A DNA stretch of 64,000 nucleotides from Minisyncoccota bacterium. GTDB lineage: Bacteria; Patescibacteriota; Minisyncoccia; Phycocordibacterales; UBA9973. Below the pieces are notes generated by a model. That model saw only the letters and a program-made list of their open reading frames with translations. It made no database searches and had not been told where the DNA came from. Below are positions 48,792-58,478 of the stretch, one piece after another. The stretch lies in contig DATGWJ010000021.1 in NCBI GenBank assembly GCA_035299545.1, forward strand, positions 10,090 through 74,089, read 5' to 3'. A program made the translations under genes and the position numbers. Each line of letters opens with the position of its first letter. Position 1 is the stretch's first letter.

Positions 48792-50021
48792 TTAATTTAC
48801 AAACGTTAGTGCTTTACCTACTTGGTTTCCACGGCCGGTTCGGCCGATACGGTGAACATAATCTTCATAAGTAGCAGGGATTTCGAAATTAATAACATGA
48901 GTTACATTTGGTATATCGAGTCCGCGCGCAGCTACGTCTGTAGCCACAAGTATCTGACTGTGATTATCGCGAAATGCTTTCAATGCATTTGCACGTTTAT
49001 TCTGATTTTTATCTCCGTGAATAGATTCAGCTTTAAAACCTTGTCTTACAAGTGTCTGACAAAGTTTTTCCACTCCGTGTTTTGTTCTACCAAAAATAAG
49101 AACTTTAGAAAATTCTTTACTTGATAAAAGTGTACTTAAGTGCTCAACTTTATCTTTACCTTGTGGAACACGCACAATATCTTGGTCGACATTGCGAGCT
49201 GTCTCCCCTGTTTTCACTGAAATTTTTTCTGGATTAGTTAGAAATTCTTTTATCAACTTATCAATTTCACTTGTGATTGTCGCAGAGAATAAAAGTGTCT
49301 GACGATTCGGAGCCATTTGCGACATTACAAATCGCATATCATCTACGAAGCCCATATCGAGCATTCTGTCCGCTTCATCAAGTACGATAGTACGAAATTC
49401 TGCTAAGCGTAGAACTTTCCTATCTACTAGGTCACGTAACCTCCCAGGAGTTCCTATCACAATATTATGAGATCTTTTAAGTCCATAAATCTGATTAGAA
49501 ATTCCCATTCCGCCAACGCAACACACAGAAAAGATTCGGAGATCTCCCCGGAAGCCCATAAGTTCTTGGTTGATCTGCATTGCTAATTCGCGAGTTGGCA
49601 CTATTACTAGAACTTTCTCTTGTGGATTATTTAATATTTTATTAATAGATGGAATCAGAAAAGCAGCAGTCTTACCCGTACCAGTATTTGCAATACCGAT
49701 AACATCACGACCAGAAAGAACGTGAGGGATTGCCATATCTTGAATTGGAGTTGGGTCGACATAACCTTTCTTTGAAATATTTGTTTTGATTGCAGTGTGA
49801 ATATTAAAATCTGCAAATTTATTTACTGGAATATAAGGAGCAGATTCGATAATTGGATCCGCTTTCTTAATGAAACGAGAATGACTAATAGAACTGCCAC
49901 CGCCAAAACGCTTACCAGACCTTGAACGTCCAAAATTTTTTCTGCCACGAAAATTGTTTTTAGATCCACTAGAATGTGAACCGCCGCCTTGGCTTCTGCC
50001 TCGGCTTGATTGTTTATACAT
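48792..50021 (-). CDS. DEAD-box ATP-dependent RNA helicase with a Gly/Arg-rich N-terminal tail
   Basis: Q-motif region; GIANTGTGKTAAF; DEAD; SAT; HRIGRTGRG. Confidence 0.9.
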   Translation of the reverse strand: MYKQSSRGRSQGGGSHSSGSKNNFRGRKNFGRSRSGKRFGGGSSISHSRFIKKADPIIESAPYIPVNKFADFNIHTAIKTNISKKGYVDPTPIQDMAIPHVLSGRDVIGIANTGTGKTAAFLIPSINKILNNPQEKVLVIVPTRELAMQINQELMGFRGDLRIFSVCCVGGMGISNQIYGLKRSHNIVIGTPGRLRDLVDRKVLRLAEFRTIVLDEADRMLDMGFVDDMRFVMSQMAPNRQTLLFSATITSEIDKLIKEFLTNPEKISVKTGETARNVDQDIVRVPQGKDKVEHLSTLLSSKEFSKVLIFGRTKHGVEKLCQTLVRQGFKAESIHGDKNQNKRANALKAFRDNHSQILVATDVAARGLDIPNVTHVINFEIPATYEDYVHRIGRTGRGNQVGKALTFVN

Positions 50022-50262
50022 AATTTTTTACCTAATCTATTAAAATAAAAGTAAGACGGATTAGGACCTTCCCCTCTAGTTTCCAATAATGACTATCACG
50101 AGGGATAAGGCGTTATGTCGCGCAACATGCGCAAGAAACCAATGAGAATACAACTTACTATATAAGTATATAATTATTCTTTAATTTTGTCAAGTTTAGT
50201 GAATCTATCTCCACTAACTAAAACTCCCCTTGAACCGAGTTCAAGGGGAGTTTGTTTATAAA

Positions 50263-50403
50263 TTACTTTCCTCTTTTCTTTACTGATTTTTTCTTGTCTT
50301 TCTTGTTTGCTAACATTTCTTTCTTTGCAAGAAGACGTTTTGCTGTTTTCTTAGAATGTTTTGATTTCTTATGAGGATGCAATGATGTTGCTCTTTTTGC
50401 CAT
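50263..50403 (-). CDS. candidate 46-aa highly basic protein (MAKRATSLHPHKKSKHSKKTAKRLLAKKEMLANKKDKKKSVKKRGK)
   Basis: ATG to TAA ORF absent from the track (under 60 aa). Followed by hairpin AAACTCCCCTTGAACCGAGTTCAAGGGGAGTTT plus T run on the minus strand. Possibly a ribosomal-like or nucleic-acid-binding micro-protein. Confidence 0.3.
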   Translation of the reverse strand: MAKRATSLHPHKKSKHSKKTAKRLLAKKEMLANKKDKKKSVKKRGK

Positions 50404-50512
50404 ATAAATTTTTATCTATTATTAATATATTTTTATTATACTTTATATTATAAATATTACAAAGAAAAATACTCACAGCTCGCAGAAGCGAACTAGAGTA
50501 TTTCTCTTTTAA

Positions 50513-50713
50513 TTACGCACGAGATACTTTTGTAGCCGCTGGGCCTTTTTCGCTTTCCATTATTTCAAAAGTAACTGTGTCTCCGACTTGAAGCTCGTCA
50601 AATTTGACTCCGACAAGTTCTTTCGAATGAAAGAAAAGGTCTTTCGTCTCACCTTCGCGAGCGATAAAACCGAATCCTTTACTCGTAAGTGTTTTTATTG
50701 TTCCTGTCATCAT
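50513..50713 (-). CDS. cspA: cold-shock protein (CspA family)
   Basis: GTIKTLTSKGFGFIAREGETKDLFFH (RNP1/RNP2). The long 5' UTR is typical of csp genes. Confidence 0.85.
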   Translation of the reverse strand: MMTGTIKTLTSKGFGFIAREGETKDLFFHSKELVGVKFDELQVGDTVTFEIMESEKGPAATKVSRA

Positions 50714-50879
50714 ACGATTATATTTGTTTGATTATTTTGATTGAAACTTCGACATGGTTCCTTTGTGCCTAAACACTATTTCAGTATAACACACTTCCTA
50801 TTTTATACATATTATTTAAAATTTAAACATATAAAAACACTAATCATCTCTTTAGAGATTAGTGTTTTTGTCTTATTTT

Positions 50880-51263
50880 TTAAGCTAATTCCGCCATCTT
50901 CCTGATAGTTAATAGATTCTCTAGACCCATATCTCTTCTTTTTGTTATATTTACTATAATAACTCTATACACATGAATAATCTCTTCTTTTGTTTGGCAT
51001 ATCTCGATAGCTCTCCTTGCGATAGCTTTATCGAGTCCCTTGTCTAAGTTGTTGTAAAACATGTCCTCTAATTTTTGAAGAGATTTTTCATTTTTTATTT
51101 TTTCTAAATATTCAAGATCTCTTGCAATTACAGGTAATGGTTCTTCTTCCATATTTATAGCTTTTTCTATAACATTCCATATTTTTGATGGGTCTTCCAG
51201 ATGAGATGTAATTTCTTTAACCAAAAATTGGAATTGCCTACTGTTCAGTTTAATTTTATCCAT
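50880..51263 (-). CDS. hypothetical protein (127 aa)
   Basis: ORF with its own promoter-like region; no motif recognised. Confidence 0.45.
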   Translation of the reverse strand: MDKIKLNSRQFQFLVKEITSHLEDPSKIWNVIEKAINMEEEPLPVIARDLEYLEKIKNEKSLQKLEDMFYNNLDKGLDKAIARRAIEICQTKEEIIHVYRVIIVNITKRRDMGLENLLTIRKMAELA

Positions 51264-51392
51264 TTCGTCATGTTTTATGGTTATTTTAAAAAAACTAAGT
51301 TCCTTTTAATAGTACTATTGTTAAAAAGGCCGGTCAATGTCATTTTAATGCTTATAAAACAAAAAGAAAATCCATATTTATAAATATGGATT

Positions 51393-51704
51393 TTAATTAT
51401 TACACAAACAGCAACATAACCTTATCCACCACTTTTTCACCCCCTTTTTCAAAAAAGTTGCCTTCTCAATTTTGCCGTATTTTCCCCTTTTTTTGTATAC
51501 AACAAAGACTAAGTGTAAGTCCTTCTTACATTTTCTGATCTTTGTGATAAAGCTACCTTCACACTCCCAAAGAGGTCTGGACACTCCATCAGAGCAAAGC
51601 ATATCGCCACGAGCAGTTTTCTCGGAAGATTCTTCGCTGATGACTTTATTAGTATACGAATCATTCGTATAGACAAACCATGTGATATTTCTTTCCCTTC
51701 CCAT
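51393..51704 (-). CDS. hypothetical Cys-containing small protein (array gene f)
   Basis: Preceded by conserved promoter/leader module f. Confidence 0.4.
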   Translation of the reverse strand: MGRERNITWFVYTNDSYTNKVISEESSEKTARGDMLCSDGVSRPLWECEGSFITKIRKCKKDLHLVFVVYKKRGKYGKIEKATFLKKGVKKWWIRLCCCLCNN

Positions 51705-51736
51705 TTTTGTGTTTTTTAGAATTTACAATTTTCTTT

Positions 51737-51765
51737 ACATTACTTCTTGTGGAGCATATTGTCAA
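51737..51765 (-). promoter_or_regulatory. promoter module f: TTGACA-17 nt-TAATGT plus conserved leader
   Basis: Minus-strand read: TTGACAatatgctccacaagaagTAATGTaaagaaaattgtaaattctaaaaaacacaaaATG. Confidence 0.55.
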
Positions 51766-51805
51766 ATGCCGTTTAATTATGATTTAAATATGTTATTATA
51801 AATAT

Positions 51806-52705
51806 ATGAATTTCGAGAACCAAACAATCACTTTCAAACCTAAGCCCCTTTTCGAGGATGTAGAACTTCAAAAGCGACTTCTCTTAAAGAAGCAGGAACT
51901 TGTAGATAAATATAGACCCAAGGAGTCTACTTTTACAGATATCTATCCTGAATCAGAAATAAAAGCCGACTTGGAAGAAATTGAAAAGATTAAATCGTCG
52001 TTCGATAAAGGAGATGAGAGTAATGAGTATCTTAAAAATATTTCTTCTATATATGAGGGAGTTATTGCAGATCAGATTGGAGCAAATGCATGGTTCGGTG
52101 ATAATTGTGAATCCATTGCAACATCCGAATACGATGATATTAAAAATGGCGTTGACGTTGTAACTATTTTCAAAGAAGACCAAGACAAGCACTACCTCGG
52201 TCTAGGTGTAGATGTAACATTTGCTTCAGATAAAAAAGTTCTCGAGAAAAAGTTGGAAAGTATAAAACAATGTATTAGAACAATGTCTCTACCCTCTCTT
52301 AAATATTTCCAAGATCCAGAGACAGAGGAACATAAAAAGATTTTCTTACCGAAAGTCATTATTGGCTCACGATTGTCTTCTGCTGAAAAGCTTATACAAC
52401 TTTGGGGAAGTAAAGATGTAGATAAGAACAAGAAGCTAGCAGAGCACCCTGTCTCTTCGAAGATAATTATGGAATCACTTGCTCAGTTAAAATATTTTTA
52501 TGATTACGCCATGCATTTGTCAGACAATGATCCAATTCATCATAATAAAGATGAATACAGAAAAATTGCTATAGGTTATGGCAAGATGTACAACATATTT
52601 GTAGATATCTACCAAGCCAAGAAAGACACTATAAACACTAACTTGAATGAAATTTCTGATGATATCGTCTACGAAACTATTTGTGAGTATACCAATAAAA
52701 CTTAA
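51806..52705 (+). CDS. hypothetical protein (299 aa)
   Basis: ORF only; acidic, no motif recognised. Confidence 0.5.
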   Translation: MNFENQTITFKPKPLFEDVELQKRLLLKKQELVDKYRPKESTFTDIYPESEIKADLEEIEKIKSSFDKGDESNEYLKNISSIYEGVIADQIGANAWFGDNCESIATSEYDDIKNGVDVVTIFKEDQDKHYLGLGVDVTFASDKKVLEKKLESIKQCIRTMSLPSLKYFQDPETEEHKKIFLPKVIIGSRLSSAEKLIQLWGSKDVDKNKKLAEHPVSSKIIMESLAQLKYFYDYAMHLSDNDPIHHNKDEYRKIAIGYGKMYNIFVDIYQAKKDTINTNLNEISDDIVYETICEYTNKT

Positions 52706-52712
52706 TTAAATT

Positions 52713-53231
52713 ATGGTTCATAGAATTCTTCCTCTAAAATTCTTTTATCGCAATACAAAGATAATAGCGAAGGAGCTGTTAGGAAAATATCTAGTTCGTA
52801 AATCAAAAGGAAAAAATTTGGCTTTTATGATAACAGACGTAGAAGTCTATGACGGCTTTAATGATTTAGCTTCTCATGCATCAAAGAAAAGAACCCCTCG
52901 AAATGAAGTAATGTTTCAATCCGGAGGCAGATGGTATATTTATTTTGTTTATGGAATGCACAGTATGCTAAATATCGTTACTCGCGAGAAGGATTACCCT
53001 GCTGCTATTTTAATACGAGGATTAGAAGGAATATCGGGACCAGGCAAGGTGACTAAAATACTAGGCATAGATAAGTCGCTCAATAAACTACCCGCGAATA
53101 GAAAATCTGGACTTTGGATTGAAGATCGCGGGATTCACATATCACCCAAAAGTATAAAAAAATCTCCACGAATAGGCATTAATTTCGCTGGCAAAATTTG
53201 GGCAACCAAACCCCTACGATACTATATATAA
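52713..53231 (+). CDS. mpg: DNA-3-methyladenine glycosylase (Mpg/AAG family)
   Basis: AKELLGKYLV, DVEVYDGFNDLASHA, GGRWYIYFVYGMHSMLNIV, AAILIRGLE, GPGKVTKILGI. Confidence 0.8.
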   Translation: MVHRILPLKFFYRNTKIIAKELLGKYLVRKSKGKNLAFMITDVEVYDGFNDLASHASKKRTPRNEVMFQSGGRWYIYFVYGMHSMLNIVTREKDYPAAILIRGLEGISGPGKVTKILGIDKSLNKLPANRKSGLWIEDRGIHISPKSIKKSPRIGINFAGKIWATKPLRYYI

Positions 53232-53232
53232 G

Positions 53233-53275
53233 AAAAAACCCGAACTTCCAAGAAGTTCGGGTTTTAATAATTTTG
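53233..53275. terminator. intrinsic terminator AAAACCCGAACTTCCAAGAAGTTCGGGTTTT
   Basis: Perfect stem plus T run after mpg. Confidence 0.7.
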
Positions 53276-53712
53276 CTTAATTGAGGCTCTGCTTCCTCTA
53301 GGCATCTCCATTTGTAATATTAAACGGGGACAAACTTACTCGGCGTTGTTTTATTTGTGTAGGCCGAGAAACTAGGCAAAATACATTGCATTAATTAAAG
53401 AACTGCACGTCAGGGTGGTAGATTCATAGATGCTTCATTTTTAGGTAAACATCCGCACTAAAACCCAAAGGCGATTTTATGGTGTGTATACTAGCACACC
53501 GTAATTATTTATGCAATAGAACAATACTAGTGGGTTCCATTCTCCGATATTCATATGTTTCTGCGGCGTCACGTCGTAATAGCACACTTAAGACCCAGTT
53601 AACTTAGTAGCCTCCATTTTACGGTTTCCGTCGGAAAGGTTACTGACCCTATATCCTTTAGTTCGACTAGTATTGTTTTGTCTTATTATTAAATTAGCAT
53701 TTATTAAAACAA
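53276..53712. ncRNA. 437-nt ORF-free, GC-enriched region between two terminators (candidate structured RNA; strand unknown)
   Basis: No ORF of 60 aa or more. Long-range palindromic pairing AACAATACTAGT(53519-53530)/ACTAGTATTGTT(53659-53670). Local hairpins GGTGTGTATACTAGCACACC, TCGGC...GCCGA. Ends at terminator AAAGGCCTGCTCATAGGAGTAAGGCCTTT. Confidence 0.25.
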
Positions 53713-53729
53713 AAATAAAGGCCTTACTC

Positions 53730-54329
53730 CTATGAGCAGGCCTTTATATTTATTTTATTTATCAGCTTGGGTATTTCTTCCCAAGAGTTCATCCTTATGG
53801 ACCCTTTTGGTAAAGGCGCCCTATTCCACGGACAGTCATACACTACAACAGGGATTCCAACATTAGTGCAATCAGCAACATGCGAAAGGTCATCATCTAT
53901 AATAACATCCATATTTTGACTTCTACACATTTCTGATTTTTTTATTTTAACTCCAGAAGACCCATAAGAATTTGTGTGATAAATTTCCGAGAAAACGTTC
54001 GGGAAATATTTCTCTACCCATTCTTCGGTCTGTTTTGTTAATGCATAGATTCTACCTGTAACAATAGAAAGTTTATGACCCTCATTTAATAGGAAATTCA
54101 TCGCGGATTGAGAACCCGGTATAGGAGCAACTTCTTTAAAATAATTAGTTTCAAAGAATTCAACTAATTTTTGAACTTCTTGTTCCTTTGTTCCTCCCCA
54201 CACTTCACGATACCAACAAGAAAAGAAATCCTCTCTTTTTAAAGTTGTCCCATATTTATCATTATGGAATAAGATAATATTGCTAATTAAATCCGCAATA
54301 GTATCATCGACATCTACTGCTATATGCAT
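53730..54329 (-). CDS. 5'(3')-deoxyribonucleotidase (NT5C-family HAD phosphatase), array gene e
   Basis: HIAVDVDDTIADL (DxDxT), NT5C family layout. Confidence 0.65.
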   Translation of the reverse strand: MHIAVDVDDTIADLISNIILFHNDKYGTTLKREDFFSCWYREVWGGTKEQEVQKLVEFFETNYFKEVAPIPGSQSAMNFLLNEGHKLSIVTGRIYALTKQTEEWVEKYFPNVFSEIYHTNSYGSSGVKIKKSEMCRSQNMDVIIDDDLSHVADCTNVGIPVVVYDCPWNRAPLPKGSIRMNSWEEIPKLINKINIKACS

Positions 54330-54362
54330 ATATGTTTTATTTAAGAGTTACAATTTCCTTCA

Positions 54363-54390
54363 CATTACTACTTCCTGTGAAAATTGGCAA
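54363..54390 (-). promoter_or_regulatory. promoter module e: TTGCCA-16 nt-TAATGT plus conserved leader
   Basis: TTGCCAattttcacaggaagtagTAATGTgaaggaaattgtaactcttaaataaaacatATG. Confidence 0.5.
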
Positions 54391-54435
54391 ATAAAAAGAA
54401 AACCCGCCGAAGCAGGTTTCTGCTGGCGGGTTGTT

Positions 54436-54915
54436 TTAGCAAAGTGGAACGAATTCCTGAATTATGCTAAACGGTTTCCCTAAAATCATTCTCACGATTA
54501 AAAGATAAAGCACTCCACAAACAAGCATTCCCGGAAGATTGTGTATTCCAGATGGAATCAACAATGCTTTGAAAATTAAGCTGTTGTAGATAATTGCTCC
54601 CGGCGCAATCGAAAGGAAAATTGCCATACTTTTTAAAATCCATTTCGCGTTGCCTTTATACTTTTCGCTAGTACCGATGTACCACATATACGGAGCAAAA
54701 AGGAATAGAAAGAAAGCGAAATATCCAATAAATGGGGAGAAGAAATACAGGGCAACAGTGTTCATCCATGAATTGTTATATTCTCCGTTCATCCAGAAAA
54801 CAGGAACGGAGAGAATTAAACCAATAACAAAACTGACTATTATAACAAAAAAGCTGGTAAAGCGAACACTTTCTCCTTTTTTGGTGTTAACCAAGAAATT
54901 CATAATTCTTTTCAT
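54436..54915 (-). CDS. hypothetical polytopic membrane protein
   Basis: Four predicted TM helices. Confidence 0.5.
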   Translation of the reverse strand: MKRIMNFLVNTKKGESVRFTSFFVIIVSFVIGLILSVPVFWMNGEYNNSWMNTVALYFFSPFIGYFAFFLFLFAPYMWYIGTSEKYKGNAKWILKSMAIFLSIAPGAIIYNSLIFKALLIPSGIHNLPGMLVCGVLYLLIVRMILGKPFSIIQEFVPLC

Positions 54916-55065
54916 TTTTTAGGGATTTTTGAGGTTTTTATTAAAGATCTTTATTGTGTATAGTATAGCATATTTATATATAAAAGTCAAGTAAATATAC
55001 CTTGTAAAATAAGGGTAAAAATAAAAAGCTCTTATCTTTATCAAAAGTATAAGAGCTTTTTGTAA

Positions 55066-55719
55066 TTAGAGTACAAGTTCAAAGTCAGGATCCGTAGCAA
55101 TGGTAAATTGAGGGTGGTCGCTTCCTATTTTTTTCAGTACCTTTTTTGTTTTTGTAATCCATTTCTTATGCTTGCTTTTACAAAAGAAACAATTGAAGGC
55201 ATCTTTTTCTTTTAAGAAAAGAGCTTTAACAGGAGGTGTGTGAGACCCCCAATAGCAATGATCAACCATGGCAATGTTTTTCTGAAAACTACGGATTTTC
55301 TTTCCTCCTTCAGGAATAAACAATATTAATTGCTTCCCAATAGAAAGCATGGTTCCATCATCTAAGACTTTTCCTACAGGAAAACTACTTTGCCCTTTTA
55401 GCGCTATCTTTTTTAAGACGGGTGAACCATTTATTACTTGCACTAAGTAAATAGAAGTCTGAGTGACTGCATAAAAATTCTGAAGCTTTTTGGGCATCTT
55501 AAGAATTTCTTTTGTTGTTACAATTACTCCCCTAACCACAGCGGATGTCGGTATTGAACACACAAGAATAAAAACTATTCTTAAGACAAGTGATTCACTG
55601 GGATTATGAGGATGGATAAATTCAGTAATAATTATGAAAACTAAAATTATTAATCCTAAAACTGAAAAATAAGAATACAGAGCAAGCCGCATCTTTGGCA
55701 TTTGACTTAATTTTTTCAT
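55066..55719 (-). CDS. hypothetical membrane protein (array gene d)
   Basis: Two N-terminal TM helices; preceded by promoter module d. Confidence 0.5.
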   Translation of the reverse strand: MKKLSQMPKMRLALYSYFSVLGLIILVFIIITEFIHPHNPSESLVLRIVFILVCSIPTSAVVRGVIVTTKEILKMPKKLQNFYAVTQTSIYLVQVINGSPVLKKIALKGQSSFPVGKVLDDGTMLSIGKQLILFIPEGGKKIRSFQKNIAMVDHCYWGSHTPPVKALFLKEKDAFNCFFCKSKHKKWITKTKKVLKKIGSDHPQFTIATDPDFELVL

Positions 55720-55751
55720 ATATTAAATTTTTAGAGTTGTACTTTTCTCCT

Positions 55752-55780
55752 ACACTACATTTTCTAATATGTAAAGTCAA
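55752..55780 (-). promoter_or_regulatory. promoter module d: TTGACT-17 nt-TAGTGT plus conserved leader
   Basis: TTGACTttacatattagaaaatgTAGTGTaggagaaaagtacaactctaaaaatttaataATG. Confidence 0.55.
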
Positions 55781-55854
55781 GGAATGATTCCCTTCCATTA
55801 AATCTAAAACACTTTCGCAAGGATATTGCGAAAGTGTTTTTAAGAAAACTGTTT

Positions 55855-56541
55855 TTATTTAAGTAAGAATCGTAATGTTGAAACAAGGCGAATCTTTTTA
55901 TATTCAGGAGAGCCTGGATCCTTGTCGGTAATATCAAACACTCCTTGGTTGCCTCGAGCGACACTTCCGACTGTTGAATCAGAGTTTTCGGCAAATTGTG
56001 AAGCAGTACTTCGAGCATTCTTTATTGCTTCTGCAAGCATTTCTGGCTTAATACTATTTAAATCTGAGAATTCAAACGAAATACTATTCTGGTTTAGAAC
56101 AACGCCTCTTTTCACAAGTAAGAGTGTTTCGTTTGAAGCGGCCTTAGCTTGGTCAACTTTTTTCGTATAAACAGAAACTTGGTTTGTAGAATTATATCTG
56201 AATGCAGCTTCTTTGTAAGTGTCTTGGTAAATATTCACAGGGGCAGCATTTATTTCGGATGGCTCGAAACCTTTTTCAACAAGAAATGCTTTTATGGTTG
56301 TAATATTCTTCTCTATGTCTGCATACAATGAATCGATATTGTTTGACTTCACCTCAAAGCTCATAGACCAGATAGCTGTGTCAGCTTTCACAATTCTTTC
56401 TGAAAGACCTTTCACTTCTACATATGACCCCTGCTTAGAGAAATTTTTAGCAGAGATAAAGAATGCCAAAGAAATTAAAATGGCAAAAACTATAACTGAT
56501 ACACTAATAAATGCTAATTTGTTTTTTTGATTGTTTTCCAT
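55855..56541 (-). CDS. SIMPL-domain (DUF541) membrane-anchored protein
   Basis: Pattern of the periplasmic immunogenic-protein family (...AIKNARSTASQFAENSDSTVGSV...). Confidence 0.65.
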   Translation of the reverse strand: MENNQKNKLAFISVSVIVFAILISLAFFISAKNFSKQGSYVEVKGLSERIVKADTAIWSMSFEVKSNNIDSLYADIEKNITTIKAFLVEKGFEPSEINAAPVNIYQDTYKEAAFRYNSTNQVSVYTKKVDQAKAASNETLLLVKRGVVLNQNSISFEFSDLNSIKPEMLAEAIKNARSTASQFAENSDSTVGSVARGNQGVFDITDKDPGSPEYKKIRLVSTLRFLLK

Positions 56542-56588
56542 ACTCTAATCATACCACAAAAATAAAAAGAAAACCCACTTTAGTGGGT

Positions 56589-56846
56589 TTAACTTTTTAG
56601 ATATTTACCAGCGACACTGAGAGCGAACGATGAAAGTATTATAAATATGTTTATAAAGAATAATTGTGGTATTATTCCCCCTTTATCAGGCCCACCTGTG
56701 AACATCATAATAATACCCAAGACTGCGAAAGTAATAGATGCGATAATAAATATTTTTGTTGCTATTTTTTGCATAGATATATTATAACCCCAGAAGTAAT
56801 AAAAAGAAACCCGCCAAAGCAGGTTTCTACTGGCGGGTTTTAACAC
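56589..56846 (-). CDS. hypothetical small membrane protein
   Basis: Two TM helices. Confidence 0.4.
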   Translation of the reverse strand: MLKPASRNLLWRVSFYYFWGYNISMQKIATKIFIIASITFAVLGIIMMFTGGPDKGGIIPQLFFINIFIILSSFALSVAGKYLKS

Positions 56847-57064
56847 GTTTGGAGAGATTCGTTTCCAATATCCTCCACATGTACATGATCCAGAGGAATA
56901 TTTTCATCCACTATATCCGCAATCGGACGAACTACGACCTCTTTTTTGATTGGTATCTTAATACCAACAAAATTTTCTGGATAACAATGAGGGCAATCAT
57001 CTTCCCTAAAACGGTTTTTACTTTTAGGGGTACCGCAGGCTCCACATTTGTCTGATGTATTCAT
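56840..57064 (-). CDS. small zinc-ribbon protein (array gene c)
   Basis: CGACG...CPHC. Preceded by promoter module c. Confidence 0.45.
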   Translation of the reverse strand: MNTSDKCGACGTPKSKNRFREDDCPHCYPENFVGIKIPIKKEVVVRPIADIVDENIPLDHVHVEDIGNESLQTC

Positions 57065-57096
57065 GTTTTTTATTTTTAGATTAGTACTTTTTCTTA

Positions 57097-57125
57097 AGAT
57101 TACTTTTTCTGCGTTTAAAAGTCAA
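57097..57125 (-). promoter_or_regulatory. promoter module c: TTGACT-17 nt-TAATCT plus conserved leader
   Basis: TTGACTtttaaacgcagaaaaagTAATCTtaagaaaaagtactaatctaaaaataaaaaacATG. Confidence 0.55.
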
Positions 57126-57145
57126 TAAAAAGAAAAGGACTAACT

Positions 57146-57595
57146 TTATCTCTCGAGCTTTTTTCTTAGTTCATCTATGACAGCTTTCTTCCAAAATTTC
57201 ATAGAAAACCAGCCAATAAGTGGCTTCGCAACTAGGCGGAGCCAACGTTTATGAATAGTAATTTGATAAGTGTAATCAATCATAGTGCCTTCTGGACATT
57301 CAGAGAGTAGCAATTCTTCGTGTCCTGAAGTTCCAAACTTGGGGCTTTCATTATCTGAAATATACCCTTTCCCAGGGAGAATTTCTGTTTTCATTTTTAC
57401 TGGAAAATTTTGACCGAACGATTTAACGTTCGCATCCATTTCTAAATGATTTTCTTCACGCTTTACGATTTGAATAGATTCAGCAACTTTCGGAAAATAT
57501 AGAGGGAATTTTTCAAAGTCAGTTATTATATTAAACACACTTGTTAAAGGGGCTTTGATAAGCCACTTATCATGGAGATTGATTTTGTTTTTCAT
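57146..57595 (-). CDS. SRPBCC (START/polyketide-cyclase-like) family protein
   Basis: N-terminal WLIKAPLTSVFNIITDFEKFPLYFP, typical of the Polyketide_cyc2 fold. Confidence 0.5.
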   Translation of the reverse strand: MKNKINLHDKWLIKAPLTSVFNIITDFEKFPLYFPKVAESIQIVKREENHLEMDANVKSFGQNFPVKMKTEILPGKGYISDNESPKFGTSGHEELLLSECPEGTMIDYTYQITIHKRWLRLVAKPLIGWFSMKFWKKAVIDELRKKLER

Positions 57596-57703
57596 ATGAA
57601 AATTATATCAAAAAAATTAAATACTCCATAATAAAAACCCCTGCATCTTTCAAAGAAGATACAGGGGTCAAAATGTTTAACAAAGGAGCAATATCAACGA
57701 GGG

Positions 57704-58333
57704 TCACCGACCCCGCAAAGAACTAGGATCAGGCCCCACGAAACACCGATCACCAGTACTATAATGAATGCTTTCACCATTCCCACCGGTAAAACCACTA
57801 CCGTCCCACGAGATCACGCCCTCCGCTTCCAGAGCATGTAATTCGTCATCAGTGTAATAATGAAGAGATGGAATCGGCACAGCATTGGCATACACGATGC
57901 AACCATCTTTTTCGTTCCAGAACACGTCCACCGTACTGAAATTACCGTCGAAGTATTCGACATTACTCGCTATGCGCGTTACCAATATGCCTTCTTTAGC
58001 ATTTACCTGCAGTTTTAGACGCTCGTAAAGTTCGTTCATACTCGCGTAAAGTTCAGCAAGATCAGCTTCCGGGTCGTATTTGTAGGTATTATTACTGGTA
58101 CCCGAAAGATACTGACCCAAAATGTGCTGACTTTCTTTAAGGGACTGCTCCATAGGTGAAGGTGCTATCGCATAGATTCTAGCTTTCCCAGAAGAATCGA
58201 GAAAGACCATTCGGTGTGGATTCGAAAACCCCGTACAGATTGTTATTTCATCTTGAGCCTTCAAAATCCCCAATAAAAACAGCAAAGCAAATACCACCAC
58301 CAATACGATGGTTATTTTCCATAGCTTTTTCAT
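57704..58333 (-). CDS. secreted hypothetical protein; compositionally atypical (noticeably GC-richer than the background)
   Basis: Signal peptide; GC visibly higher than surrounding genes. Confidence 0.5.
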   Translation of the reverse strand: MKKLWKITIVLVVVFALLFLLGILKAQDEITICTGFSNPHRMVFLDSSGKARIYAIAPSPMEQSLKESQHILGQYLSGTSNNTYKYDPEADLAELYASMNELYERLKLQVNAKEGILVTRIASNVEYFDGNFSTVDVFWNEKDGCIVYANAVPIPSLHYYTDDELHALEAEGVISWDGSGFTGGNGESIHYSTGDRCFVGPDPSSLRGR

Positions 58334-58478
58334 ACAAACCTCTCTTTCTTATTAAATTGTAAACAACTTGACGAAATGATAACACTTAACGCTCTTTTTG
58401 TCTAACAAGGAAATATATCCAATAATATTAGTAATAAAAAAGAGCCTCAATACTGAGACTCTTTTATAGAAACATTAT

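Noticed and set aside
53276-53712. Assigning this region to tmRNA, RNase P RNA or SRP RNA.
   Set aside because: It has no GGUUCGAAUCC-type T-loop, no tag-peptide frame ending in AA-stop, and no AGUCCGG/CCGGCUUA P4 pair. The GGAAGCAG match to SRP helix 8 has no surrounding hairpin. It is left as unclassified.
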